Assembly: GCA_003251775.1 (NCBI GenBank)
Contig: QKEK01000012.1
Span: forward strand, 4,393 to 68,392
Source: Clostridia bacterium
GTDB lineage: Bacteria; Bacillota; Clostridia; DSM-8532; SZUA-474
Direction of reading: 5' to 3'
Length of the DNA: 64,000 nt
The notes under the pieces were generated by a model. It searched no databases, was not told the origin of the DNA, and worked only from the letters and a program-made list of their open reading frames with translations. Of this stretch, positions 54,509 to 63,745 are shown in pieces (within the stretch, counting starts at the first letter, position 1; each line of letters begins with the position of its first letter). Both the position numbers and the translations under genes were made by a program.

Positions 54509-54800
54509 CCAGATGGTAATTACATTATCAGTAAAACTGATTTCAGGTTTTATTGCAGCATTTATTTCCGTACTACTATGGTCTAAAACCAGAGATGGTG
54601 CATGGCTCACCATGGTTATTGGTGTTGTCTTTCTCTATCTGGGAACCCTGATGGAAGTTTTGGAATCTTTTGGCTTTATAGGAACAGATATCGTAAAGCT
54701 AGGGGATATCTCCCTCCTTCCTCTTGTGTTTGGAACATTACCATTTATCTTTTTTGCTGTTGGAATGTTTGCCTTCTTACTCCGAATAAGAAAATTTTAA
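54501..54800 (+). CDS. Small three-TM membrane protein
   Basis: 99 aa with three hydrophobic helices. The ATG overlaps the upstream stop (ATGACTGA). Confidence 0.5.
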   Translation: MTDQMVITLSVKLISGFIAAFISVLLWSKTRDGAWLTMVIGVVFLYLGTLMEVLESFGFIGTDIVKLGDISLLPLVFGTLPFIFFAVGMFAFLLRIRKF

Positions 54801-55568
54801 TTTAATAAACTGAATAATATTTTGACTAAAAAGGGCTTCTCTTCTCTTGTAATCAGTCCATGAATCTATGCTCTGTTTCATAAGTTCTGAGATAATATTG
54901 CTATAACCTCTAGGTAATTTTTCCAGTTCGTAACTGTAGTATAGAATCCGATCCTCAGGTGGAGAAAATTTACCATTTATATAGTAGAGGCACTTTAGAG
55001 ATTCTTGAATTGCAATATTTAAATTCCAGTGTAACTGGGGCTTTGCCTCTCTTTTATCCCATCTGTCAACTTTGTATGGAGAGAGGAGGTAGTTTACATA
55101 GTTTAAACTATTTTCTGTTTTATTTCTTAAATAAACCGGGAGACTCTCTTTTATCTTTTTAAATCTATTAGAAAAACCTGAATCACTCTCCCATAAAATC
55201 TGGGATTCCAGTAGTGCATACATTCTACCTTCACTTAAATTATAAAAACTGGTTTCATTAATAGAGTCTAAAATAAGAATTTGAAATTTATAACCCATAA
55301 AAGTGATACAGTGGTATGGAATATCCGGTTCCTGATTGGCTCCAAAAATAGCTACAGGATTAATTTTACAATCACTCTTAAGAATTACTGTTAAATCTAT
55401 CATCCCGCCGAATTTACCCGGCATATAGTCCCCACGGGCAACACTACCTGATAACAGAATAACATCAAAACTATTTTTATCTATGGAATCAACATACCTT
55501 CTGGATGTAAATATAAGCTCCTGGATAAAATCTTCCTGTATATTTCTAATCTCTGACAATAATTTCAT
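54777..55568 (-). CDS. Pol-beta-superfamily nucleotidyltransferase-like protein with a C-terminal helical domain
   Basis: LLSGSVARGDY...GGMIDLTV resembles the hG[GS]x(9-13)DhD motif, but with Met at the first carboxylate position. The layout resembles kanamycin nucleotidyltransferase. Confidence 0.55.
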   Translation of the reverse strand: MKLLSEIRNIQEDFIQELIFTSRRYVDSIDKNSFDVILLSGSVARGDYMPGKFGGMIDLTVILKSDCKINPVAIFGANQEPDIPYHCITFMGYKFQILILDSINETSFYNLSEGRMYALLESQILWESDSGFSNRFKKIKESLPVYLRNKTENSLNYVNYLLSPYKVDRWDKREAKPQLHWNLNIAIQESLKCLYYINGKFSPPEDRILYYSYELEKLPRGYSNIISELMKQSIDSWTDYKRREALFSQNIIQFIKLKFSYSE

Positions 55569-55619
55569 TCTTTAATTAATATTCATTTTTGACCCCGGGT
55601 CAAATTTTAAATAAAATAA

Positions 55620-56276
55620 TTATATTATTAAATCTTCCAAAGAGTTTATTATATATGTAGGATTAATGGTTAAATCCTTGGGATTGTTATGGCTCCAGCT
55701 TACAAAAGCTGTATCAACTCCCGCAGAACTTCCACTCTCTATATCATAGGTTGCGTCACCAATAAAAAGAGTCTCAGCAGGGGTAGAGTTTAACCTTTCC
55801 ATGGTCCATATTACAGGTTCAGGGTGTGGTTTATGATGTTTTGTCATCTCCGGGCTACATATAATTTCAAAATAATCAAATAGTTTAGTATGTTTAAGAA
55901 AAAGATCCAGTGTATCTCTAGTTCGGGATGTTACTATACCAATTTTTTTCCCTTGATTAATAAGTTTTTCCAAGCCTTGGATAATTCCCGGGAAAATCTC
56001 AATAGTCTCTTTGTAGATCTCTTTCTGGTAACCGCTATGAATATTTAATACCCTATCCATCTCAGAATCACTCAGTTTTCCCAGGTAAATTTCCAACTGG
56101 GATTTTAGAGGAATACCAATATGTTTATTAACAATCTCTCTTGAGATCTCAATTTTTTTGTAAACTTTGCAAGTATTAAGGAATGTACTATAAATTAACT
56201 CATTTGTATTAAGAAGGGTTCCATCAACATCAAAGAGGTATGTGGTATAATTTTTCATAATCAAACTATACCACAT
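55620..56276 (-). CDS. HAD-superfamily phosphatase (PGP/PpaX-like)
   Basis: Motif I FDVDGTLLNT, motif II VTSR, motif IV GDATYD. An alternative start is ATG 56258. Confidence 0.85.
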   Translation of the reverse strand: MWYSLIMKNYTTYLFDVDGTLLNTNELIYSTFLNTCKVYKKIEISREIVNKHIGIPLKSQLEIYLGKLSDSEMDRVLNIHSGYQKEIYKETIEIFPGIIQGLEKLINQGKKIGIVTSRTRDTLDLFLKHTKLFDYFEIICSPEMTKHHKPHPEPVIWTMERLNSTPAETLFIGDATYDIESGSSAGVDTAFVSWSHNNPKDLTINPTYIINSLEDLII

Positions 56277-56303
56277 TAGACTCTTTAAATAAAAGAGTAA
56301 ATC

Positions 56304-57083
56304 CTATAATATGGCACCCATTGACCAGGATCCAACATCTTTAAAACCAATCTTCTTGTAGAGTTTGCCTGCATCTGGATTATTATAAAACAGAATTACT
56401 TTTTTATTATTTTCTATCATGCCCTTACAAAGGTTAGTTACTGAGGACATTGCATAACCTCTATTTCTGTAATTAGCATCAGTAGCAACACCTACAATGG
56501 TTCCGTTTAAACTGTTTTCAGCAGTAATTGCAGCTGTTGAAACAACTTTCCCTTTATCTTTTATAAAGCACATTCTACCTGTATTTGTTTTTACCTCTTG
56601 TCCAAAACTCTCTCTGCTTTTTTCATCAACATCAAATTCATCTATAGTTTTTAGGAACTCAAATATATCATTTAAATCCTCTATTTTAGCGTTTTGTGGA
56701 GTAATAACAGGTTCTATATAGTTAAAATTTTTATTTGAGAGTTCTGCTAGAGCTGTTTTCTTTACATTTTTAAAATTGAAATATGGTTTAATGGATTCTA
56801 TAACTGAATCTACGGCTGATACAGTTATTGCCTTAGGATCAGTTTTAATCTTGTCACATATTACTTTAAGATCGCTGCTATCGATAGAACTTATTAAATA
56901 GTAGTTAAAGTATTTTAACAAAAGAGAGGTAATTGAACCCTCTTTTTCAATTCTCCACATATCTATAAAATCTTCCTCAAAACTGAAATTCTCAATATCT
57001 CCAATAAAAAAACAGTTTTCCGATGGACTCTTTTTCAAAAAATCCAGTAATACTTCTTTGTCCTTATTATTGCATAAAATCAT
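56304..57083 (-). CDS. GNAT-family acetyltransferase with an N-terminal extra domain
   Basis: C-terminal VGVATDANYRNRGYAMSS acetyl-CoA motif. The N-terminal half, about 130 aa, is unassigned. Confidence 0.7.
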   Translation of the reverse strand: MILCNNKDKEVLLDFLKKSPSENCFFIGDIENFSFEEDFIDMWRIEKEGSITSLLLKYFNYYLISSIDSSDLKVICDKIKTDPKAITVSAVDSVIESIKPYFNFKNVKKTALAELSNKNFNYIEPVITPQNAKIEDLNDIFEFLKTIDEFDVDEKSRESFGQEVKTNTGRMCFIKDKGKVVSTAAITAENSLNGTIVGVATDANYRNRGYAMSSVTNLCKGMIENNKKVILFYNNPDAGKLYKKIGFKDVGSWSMGAIL

Positions 57084-57192
57084 TTTTTACCTCACATTTG
57101 CATACTATCAAAGCTAATGTCTAAATTCTATAACATAGAGAAAAAACTAAAAAAAACTGGGCAATTAATTAGTGTTAATAGAGTTAGTATTC

Positions 57193-57221
57193 TTGACACA
57201 AAGTAATATTAATGGGATTAT
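57193..57221 (+). promoter_or_regulatory. Candidate rplM-rpsI promoter
   Basis: TTGACA (57193-57198), 17 nt, GATTAT (57216-57221). Confidence 0.45.
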
Positions 57222-57265
57222 TTCACACCCGTTACAAGATTATATTGAATATTAAGGTAGAGAAA

Positions 57266-57694
57266 ATGAAAACTATATTCGTAAAACCTGCTGAAGTAGA
57301 GAGAAAGTGGTATATTATTGATGCCAAAGACGTTACTTTAGGTAAAGTTGCAGTTAAAGCTGCACAATTATTAAGAGGTAAGCATAAAGCGTGTTACACA
57401 CCACACCAAGAAGTAGGTGATTATGTAATTATTATTAATGCTGAAAAAGCTGCTCTTACTGGAAATAAGAAAAACGATAAGATGTATTATGAGCACTCAG
57501 GTTTTATGGGTGGTATGAAAGCATACAATTATGAGACATTAATGAGTAAAAGAGCTACGGCACCAATGGAAAAAGCTGTTAAAGGTATGTTATCAAGTGG
57601 AGCACTTGCTAATCAGCTTTTTAGAAACTTAAAAGTATATGCAGGTGAGACTCACCCACATGTAGCACAACAGCCTATCGCTGTTGAAGTGTAA
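57266..57694 (+). CDS. rplM: 50S ribosomal protein L13
   Basis: MKTIFVKPAEVERKWYIIDA parallels the E. coli L13 N-terminus. The ORF-track start at 57212 is an upstream extension. Confidence 0.95.
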   Translation: MKTIFVKPAEVERKWYIIDAKDVTLGKVAVKAAQLLRGKHKACYTPHQEVGDYVIIINAEKAALTGNKKNDKMYYEHSGFMGGMKAYNYETLMSKRATAPMEKAVKGMLSSGALANQLFRNLKVYAGETHPHVAQQPIAVEV

Positions 57695-57707
57695 TTGGGA
57701 GTAGAAT

Positions 57708-58100
57708 GTGATTAAAAACTTAGCACACGGAACAGGAAGAAGAAAAACTTCAGTTGCCAGAGTTTATGTTAGACAAGGTAAAGGAAGTATACTAGTAAAC
57801 GGAAAAGACGTAAAAGAGTTTTTCCCTATTGATGAGCATGTTATCCAAGTTAAACTACCATTAGACGTTACGGATAACCTAGATAAATATGACATTGTAG
57901 TAACAGTTAAAGGTGGAGGTATCTCTGGTCAAGCTGGTGCTGTAAGACATGGTTTATCAAGAGCTTTAGTTCAGTTGGATGAAACTAACAGAGCTGCCTT
58001 AAAAGCAAACGGATTCTTAACTCGAGATTCAAGAATGGTTGAGAGAAAGAAATTTGGACAAAAAGGTGCTCGAAGAAAATTCCAATTCTCAAAACGTTAA
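57708..58100 (+). CDS. rpsI: 30S ribosomal protein S9
   Basis: GTGRRKTSVARV...the C-terminus GARRKFQFSKR is typical of S9. GTG start after GGGAG. Confidence 0.95.
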   Translation: MIKNLAHGTGRRKTSVARVYVRQGKGSILVNGKDVKEFFPIDEHVIQVKLPLDVTDNLDKYDIVVTVKGGGISGQAGAVRHGLSRALVQLDETNRAALKANGFLTRDSRMVERKKFGQKGARRKFQFSKR

Positions 58101-58701
58101 TCTTAAAATTATATCTTGTAGAAGAGGAGCGTCCCATGGTTCTTACAGAATCACACTCGGGGATGGTTCCTCTTTTTTTTTATCTGCTGACTTTGTTTTA
58201 AAACACAGGATAAAAGCGGAACTTGTCATAGATTCTCTACTCTATAATGAGATAGTTAATGAGTCAGAATATGTTGAAACTTATTTAAAATCTTTATCTC
58301 TTCTCTCCCGGCAATCCTATACTAGATTAAATCTAATAAGAAAACTAAATGAGAAGGGTTATACTCAAACTTCTGTTGACAGAACAGTTCATGAATTAGA
58401 ATCCAGGGGTTTTATTGATGATAGAGATTATGCACATAAATGGGTTGAATCCAGAATTAGAAAAAAGCTGGATAGTGCACCACTGCTTGTATCCAATTTA
58501 GTTAAAAAAGGTATATCTCAGACTATTGCAAAAAGTGTTGTAAATTCTCTTTATTCTATGGAAGTTGAGAACAGAATTATACAGAAAAATATAGAGAGAC
58601 TTCTTAATCGAGGGAAAGAAAAAGATTATATAGCTACATCATTATCAAGGAAGGGATTTAATTTAAAGAAAGTATTAGAAATATATAATAATCTGGTGTA
58701 A
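58039..58701 (+). CDS. recX: RecX-family regulatory protein
   Basis: Repeated three-helix pattern (LSLLSRQSYTRLNLIRKLNEKGY...VHELESRGFIDDRDYAHKWVESR). The only canonical in-frame start (ATG 58039) lies 62 nt inside rpsI, so the start is uncertain. Confidence 0.7.
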   Translation: MRERNLDKKVLEENSNSQNVNLKIISCRRGASHGSYRITLGDGSSFFLSADFVLKHRIKAELVIDSLLYNEIVNESEYVETYLKSLSLLSRQSYTRLNLIRKLNEKGYTQTSVDRTVHELESRGFIDDRDYAHKWVESRIRKKLDSAPLLVSNLVKKGISQTIAKSVVNSLYSMEVENRIIQKNIERLLNRGKEKDYIATSLSRKGFNLKKVLEIYNNLV

Positions 58702-58855
58702 AATAAAAATATAATACTTAATAGATAAATTTTGATAGATTAAAAATCTTATTTTTAGTATGATTAAGTATATAAATTACGAAATACGTGATTTCGAATA
58801 TTAAAATATAGTATATATCCTGTATTAATTAGCGGGTTAAAAGTGGAGTAAACAG

Positions 58856-59122
58856 TTGAGAGCTCTTAGTGGTAAAGTAGTCGGAAAAGTTCAAGGTGTT
58901 GGTTTTAGAATGTATATGTTCAGACAGGCTGACAGATTAGGTTTACATGGCTGGGTAAGTAATAATCCAAATGGTGATGTAGATTTTTATTGTGAAGGAA
59001 GTGATGTTGATTTAAGTTTTTTTATAGATTTAGTAAAACGAGGAAATGATCACTCAGTAGTAAAGAGTGTTGAATATCAGGATGTGAAACCTGAAAATTT
59101 AAATACGTTTACTGTTATATAA
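58856..59122 (+). CDS. acyP: Acylphosphatase
   Basis: GKVQGVGFRMY...GWVSNNPNGDV signature. 88 aa, TTG start. Confidence 0.85.
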   Translation: MRALSGKVVGKVQGVGFRMYMFRQADRLGLHGWVSNNPNGDVDFYCEGSDVDLSFFIDLVKRGNDHSVVKSVEYQDVKPENLNTFTVI

Positions 59123-59551
59123 TTCAACCCATTCCTGAACTGATAGTTTTGAGCATAGTTCTCCTATTAGTTCATAGGGTATAGTTCTATCTGGTTTTAA
59201 TCTTATACAACTTTTACCCATATCCAGTTTTCCAATATTCAGTTTTTTATACTCTTCCTGAAACCATTCCAGTAGTTGAGTAGATGAATAGATACCTAAA
59301 TGATATAAAGCAATAAAATTCTTCTGATTTCCCAAGGATATAAATGGCAGAGGTTCATTTTTTTTACAGTGATAACCCTGAGGGTATATTTTTAGTGGGA
59401 CTACAAAGGAAGGAAAACCATAGGATAGATACTCTTCAAATCCGTAAGGTATTGATTTTTTAATAGTATTCCAGAGTTTATTAAAAACCTCCAATCTCTC
59501 CTGAGGAATAGAATGGATATAATCTTCAACGGACTTAGCTTCTATTTTCAT
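59099..59551 (-). CDS. DUF1801 (YdhG-like) domain protein
   Basis: VEDYIHSIPQERLEVFNKLWNTIKK... matches the DUF1801 pattern. ATG 59551 is preceded by GGAG with a 6-nt spacer. The ORF-track TTG is at 59563. Confidence 0.65.
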   Translation of the reverse strand: MKIEAKSVEDYIHSIPQERLEVFNKLWNTIKKSIPYGFEEYLSYGFPSFVVPLKIYPQGYHCKKNEPLPFISLGNQKNFIALYHLGIYSSTQLLEWFQEEYKKLNIGKLDMGKSCIRLKPDRTIPYELIGELCSKLSVQEWVELYNSKRI

Positions 59552-59566
59552 AATCAACTCCAATTA

Positions 59567-59582
59567 GAGCCCCGAAGGGCTC
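59567..59582 (-). other. GC-rich tetraloop hairpin between hflC and the DUF1801 gene
   Basis: GAGCCC-CGAA-GGGCTC on the plus strand, giving a UUCG loop on the transcribed strand. No U tract follows, and it sits just before the downstream RBS. Confidence 0.4.
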
Positions 59583-59589
59583 ATTTCTG

Positions 59590-60507
59590 TTATTTAGAAC
59601 TGTAGAGATATTGGAAATACTCCATATCTGTAGAGAAGGTCTTTTTGAATTTTGGTAAGGTATCCTTATAGGATTCCAGGGCTCTCCAGAAAGAGTAGAA
59701 TTCAGCGGACTCTCCTTTGTAGGCTTCTGCATAAATTCTTGCAGCTTCTGCATCAGCTTCACCTTTTTTAAGCTGTTCATAGGCTCTGGCTTCTGAGGAA
59801 ATTCTTAGAAGTTCCTTGTCTGTCTCTCCAATAATTTTCTGTTTCTCACCCTCACCGGTAGATCTGTACTCTTCAGCAATAACCTTCCTGGATTTAATCA
59901 TCCTTTCATATACAGACTGAGTTAAATTATCACTAAATTGTACCTGTTTAAAAATTATAGAGATAATTTCAATTCCTTGATCTTTAAAACTATCTGATAC
60001 ACCATCTTTAATTATATCTGAAATCTCCTGCCGACCAGTAGTAATTTCCTTTGATTCTGAAGTCTTGTAACCATCATTTAACATCTCATTGGAAGTTCTA
60101 ACAACTTCTACTCTGTCATGGGCAGCAATTACAGATTTTATCTCCGGGTCAAGAATAGTATCCAACTTGGAAAAGGATTGTTCTATACTGTAGTTAGTTT
60201 CGTAAAACTTTACAGGATCAACAATTCTCCATCGTGCAGTAACATTTACTTGCAAATACTCTTTATCATTAGTAATAATGTCTTTTGGTTTATTATTCCA
60301 TGAAAGAATTTTCTTTGGAAATATTTTCGCCTTGTCTACAAATGGAGCTTTAAAATTTACCCCTGCGTTGGTATAGGTGTTAACAATTTTACCAAGACGA
60401 ACAGTTATTGCCTGATATCCCTCTTCAACAATAAATAGAGAGTTTGTTAATGTAATAATTAATAGTGCTAATACTACAAGAGTAGCTAGTGTTGATTTTT
60501 TTGGCAT
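59590..60507 (-). CDS. hflC: Protease modulator HflC (SPFH/band-7)
   Basis: N-terminal TM segment, an SPFH domain and a C-terminal coiled region. It immediately follows hflK. Confidence 0.9.
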   Translation of the reverse strand: MPKKSTLATLVVLALLIITLTNSLFIVEEGYQAITVRLGKIVNTYTNAGVNFKAPFVDKAKIFPKKILSWNNKPKDIITNDKEYLQVNVTARWRIVDPVKFYETNYSIEQSFSKLDTILDPEIKSVIAAHDRVEVVRTSNEMLNDGYKTSESKEITTGRQEISDIIKDGVSDSFKDQGIEIISIIFKQVQFSDNLTQSVYERMIKSRKVIAEEYRSTGEGEKQKIIGETDKELLRISSEARAYEQLKKGEADAEAARIYAEAYKGESAEFYSFWRALESYKDTLPKFKKTFSTDMEYFQYLYSSK

Positions 60508-60508
60508 C

Positions 60509-61507
60509 TTAATTCCCCCCTACTGTATTTAGACTTTTAAAGGGAATAAAATTTGTCAAATCCCTGTCTATTAACTCAATATCAGTCGATGTTTTTGCCA
60601 TCTCTTCCATCATTTCGTAATACATACGTTTTCTTGTTATTTCAGGATTCTTCTTATACTCTTCATAGATTGATTTAAATTTTGCAACATCTCCAAGAGC
60701 AAGATTTACTCTCTCAATAGCATAACCGTCAGCAAGCTCTTTTACTCTCTGGGCTGCACCCATTGCATTTGGAATTTGTGAACTTCTGTAAACTTCACCT
60801 TCATCAATATATCGGTCTCTTTCAACTGTTGCAGCTGTAACATCATTAAAAGCGTCCTGAACTGCTCCCTCCGGTGCTGCTACAGTATCAAATTCAACTA
60901 GTAAAATTGTAATACCAAGACCTACATTATTAACTCTTTCGTTCATCTCTTCTAAAGCTGTTGAAACAAGAATGTCCCTGTTTCCTTCAAAAATTCTGTT
61001 TAATGAGTTGTTTCCAATAATCTTATTAATAACAGAAAGACTAATATCCCGTATCGTTTTAATTCTGTTATCCATCTCATATCCCCGATCTCCACGAACT
61101 CTTCTGTTATCTACATTAAATAACCAATCTCTTGGATTTGTTATTTTATACTGAATACTCCACCGAATATCCAGAATATTTGAATCTCCGGTAAGCAGGC
61201 TGGACTCTTCAGGAACAGCCTTATAAGTAGAGTCCATACCTGATTGCTGAACAAAACCGAAATTCATTGTCTGAAACTCTTTCGTATTTACTTTATATAC
61301 CTTCTGGATAACCGGTATTTTAAAGTGAAATCCAGGATATTGAATTGAGTGAAATTTACCAAAGTTTAAAACCACAGCCTCTTCTTGGGCATCAACCTGG
61401 TAAAAACTGTTTGCTAAAACTAATAGTGCTACAATAACGATTACAATAATAATCATAAACCTAGAGTTAGGCATTTTTACAACTTTAGGTACATCATTTT
61501 CTGACAT
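60509..61507 (-). CDS. hflK: Protease modulator HflK (SPFH/band-7)
   Basis: N-terminal TM segment and an SPFH domain. This is the first gene of the canonical hflKC pair. Confidence 0.9.
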   Translation of the reverse strand: MSENDVPKVVKMPNSRFMIIIVIVIVALLVLANSFYQVDAQEEAVVLNFGKFHSIQYPGFHFKIPVIQKVYKVNTKEFQTMNFGFVQQSGMDSTYKAVPEESSLLTGDSNILDIRWSIQYKITNPRDWLFNVDNRRVRGDRGYEMDNRIKTIRDISLSVINKIIGNNSLNRIFEGNRDILVSTALEEMNERVNNVGLGITILLVEFDTVAAPEGAVQDAFNDVTAATVERDRYIDEGEVYRSSQIPNAMGAAQRVKELADGYAIERVNLALGDVAKFKSIYEEYKKNPEITRKRMYYEMMEEMAKTSTDIELIDRDLTNFIPFKSLNTVGGN

Positions 61508-61585
61508 ATATTCTCCTTGCTATCTTTAAGGGTAATATTCTGTTAGCTTATAGTCAAGGATATTAAAATTTGCTATTATTCTTTT

Positions 61586-63745
61586 ATGAAAAAGAGATTA
61601 GTAACATCTGCGTTGCCATACGTAAACAATGTACCCCATCTAGGGAATTTAATTCAGGTTTTATCAGCTGACGTTTATGCAAGATATTGCAGGTCATTCG
61701 GTTATGAAACCCTTTACATCTGTGGAACAGATGAACATGGTACTGCAACAGAGACAAAAGCCCTGCAAGAGGGTGTGACTTCCAGAGAGTTATGTGATAA
61801 ATTTTATGAAATACATGCTGATATATATAAATGGTTTAATATAAACTTTGATCATTTTGGAAGAACTTCCAAGGAAATTCATCATAAAATTGTTCAGGAT
61901 ATTTTTAAGAAGGTTGATGAGGCCGGATATATCACAGAACAGACAACAACTCAGCTTTTTTGTACAGAGTGTAATAAATTTCTTGCTGATAGATTTGTAA
62001 AGGGAACCTGTCCTCATTGTGATTCCGTAAATGCAACTGGTGATCAGTGTGAGGATTGTGGTAAATTACTGGAACCAACGGATTTAGTAAATCCTAAATG
62101 CGGTACCTGTAACAGTACACCTGAAGCTAGGGATACAACTCATCTATATTTAAATTTACCGGGAATTCTTCCTAAACTGGAAGAGTGGATGGAAAAGGCA
62201 TCAATAGAAGGTCAATGGGCAAAAAATGCAATTGCAATGACTAAGAGCTGGATTCGTGATGGATTAAGAGAGAGATGCATTACAAGAGACCTTAAATGGG
62301 GAATCCCTGTACCAAAAGAGGGATTTGAAGATAAGGTTTTCTATGTCTGGTTCGATGCTCCTATCGGTTATGTGTCAATAACTGCTGATAAGTTTGATAA
62401 CTGGAAAGAGTGGTGGATGAATCCTGACAATGTGGAACTCTTTCAATTTATTGGTAAGGATAATATACCTTTTCATACAGTTATCTTTCCATCAACACAG
62501 TTAGAGAGTGGTGAAAACTGGACGATGCTCCACCATATGTCATCTTCAGAATATTTAAATTACGAGAATGGGAAATTTTCAAAAAGTAAGGGAGTTGGTG
62601 TCTTTGGTAATGATTGTAAAGAGACTGGGATTCCTGCAGATGTTTGGAGATTTTATATTTTCTATAACAGACCCGAGAAATCAGACACTCAATTTACCTG
62701 GGCTGACTTTCAGGAAAAGGTGAACGGAGAACTTATAGGGAATTTAAGTAATCTGGTAAACAGAACTTTGACTTTTGTTGATAGATTCTACGAGGGTAAT
62801 ATTCCAAAAGCACCTATTGATGAAGAATTATGGACCATGATTCGTGAGAAAGAGAGTGAAATAACCAGCAAAATTGAGATGGCTAATTTAAGGGATTCTT
62901 TAAAAGATATATTCCTGCTCTCTTCAATCGGTAATAAAGCATTTCAGGATGGTGAGCCTTGGAGAACTAGAACAGAAGATCCGGAAGCTGCCGCAAAACT
63001 TATTAAAAATCTAGTTTATCTTGTACGGGACCTGGCAATTTTAGTTGAGCCTTATATTCCTGAAAGTGCTGATAAAATTTTATCTTTTCTTGGCCAGAAG
63101 GGTTGTAACTGGAAAGATCTTGGAGATCTAGATGGTATAACCAGAGTTGAAAAACCGAGTATTCTTTTTTCCAAACTTGAAGATAAGGATATTGAGGCTT
63201 TTAGAATAAAATACTCCGGGTCACAAGCAGAAAGGGCTGCAAAAGAGTTATCTGTTGAGGAGAAATTCAGAGCTAACATAGACTTAAGAGTAGGGAAAAT
63301 TATATCTGTAACAGACCACCCGGAAGCTGATAAACTCTATGTTGAAAGTATAGAAACCGGAGAAACAGATCCAAGAACTGTGGTTTCTGGAATAAAAACC
63401 TATTACACTAAAGATGAGCTAATTGGAAAAAATGTTATACTGGCATTCAACCTGAAACCCGCAAATTTAAGAGGTGTAAAGAGCCAGGGAATGCTTCTTG
63501 CTGCAGAGGATAAGGATAAAAATGTTGAAGTTCTTTTTGTTGATGGTGTAAAACCTGGATCCAGAGTGGTTCTTGAGGGGGAAGATTTTAAAGACTATCC
63601 ATACCCTAAAAGAATAAAGGCAGATACATTTTTTGAAATACCTTTAAAAGTTGTAGATAATAATGTGATGGTCGGGAACACCAAACTAATATGTTGTGGA
63701 TCTCCGGTTAAAACCTCAATTGTCAAAAATGGAGAGGTTGGCTAA
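61586..63745 (+). CDS. metG: Methionine--tRNA ligase with a C-terminal tRNA-binding (Trbp111/EMAP-like) domain
   Basis: HLGN (HIGH) and KFSKSKG (KMSKS) motifs, zinc knuckles CPHCDS...CEDCG...CGTC, and a C-terminal DLRVGKI...HPEADKLYV domain. Confidence 0.95.
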   Translation: MKKRLVTSALPYVNNVPHLGNLIQVLSADVYARYCRSFGYETLYICGTDEHGTATETKALQEGVTSRELCDKFYEIHADIYKWFNINFDHFGRTSKEIHHKIVQDIFKKVDEAGYITEQTTTQLFCTECNKFLADRFVKGTCPHCDSVNATGDQCEDCGKLLEPTDLVNPKCGTCNSTPEARDTTHLYLNLPGILPKLEEWMEKASIEGQWAKNAIAMTKSWIRDGLRERCITRDLKWGIPVPKEGFEDKVFYVWFDAPIGYVSITADKFDNWKEWWMNPDNVELFQFIGKDNIPFHTVIFPSTQLESGENWTMLHHMSSSEYLNYENGKFSKSKGVGVFGNDCKETGIPADVWRFYIFYNRPEKSDTQFTWADFQEKVNGELIGNLSNLVNRTLTFVDRFYEGNIPKAPIDEELWTMIREKESEITSKIEMANLRDSLKDIFLLSSIGNKAFQDGEPWRTRTEDPEAAAKLIKNLVYLVRDLAILVEPYIPESADKILSFLGQKGCNWKDLGDLDGITRVEKPSILFSKLEDKDIEAFRIKYSGSQAERAAKELSVEEKFRANIDLRVGKIISVTDHPEADKLYVESIETGETDPRTVVSGIKTYYTKDELIGKNVILAFNLKPANLRGVKSQGMLLAAEDKDKNVEVLFVDGVKPGSRVVLEGEDFKDYPYPKRIKADTFFEIPLKVVDNNVMVGNTKLICCGSPVKTSIVKNGEVG

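Noticed and set aside
54501-55568. Nucleotidyltransferase plus small multi-TM protein as a CBASS-like defence pair
   Set aside because: The two genes are convergent and overlap at their 3' ends, so they are not an operon. The NTase looks KNTase-like with a possibly degenerate DxD motif and no CD-NTase features. The membrane protein belongs to the pcrA gene string.
58780-58796. CGAAAT-acgtg-ATTTCG hairpin between recX and acyP
   Set aside because: It is a short AT-rich stem with no U tract and no recognisable operator context, so it is probably insignificant.
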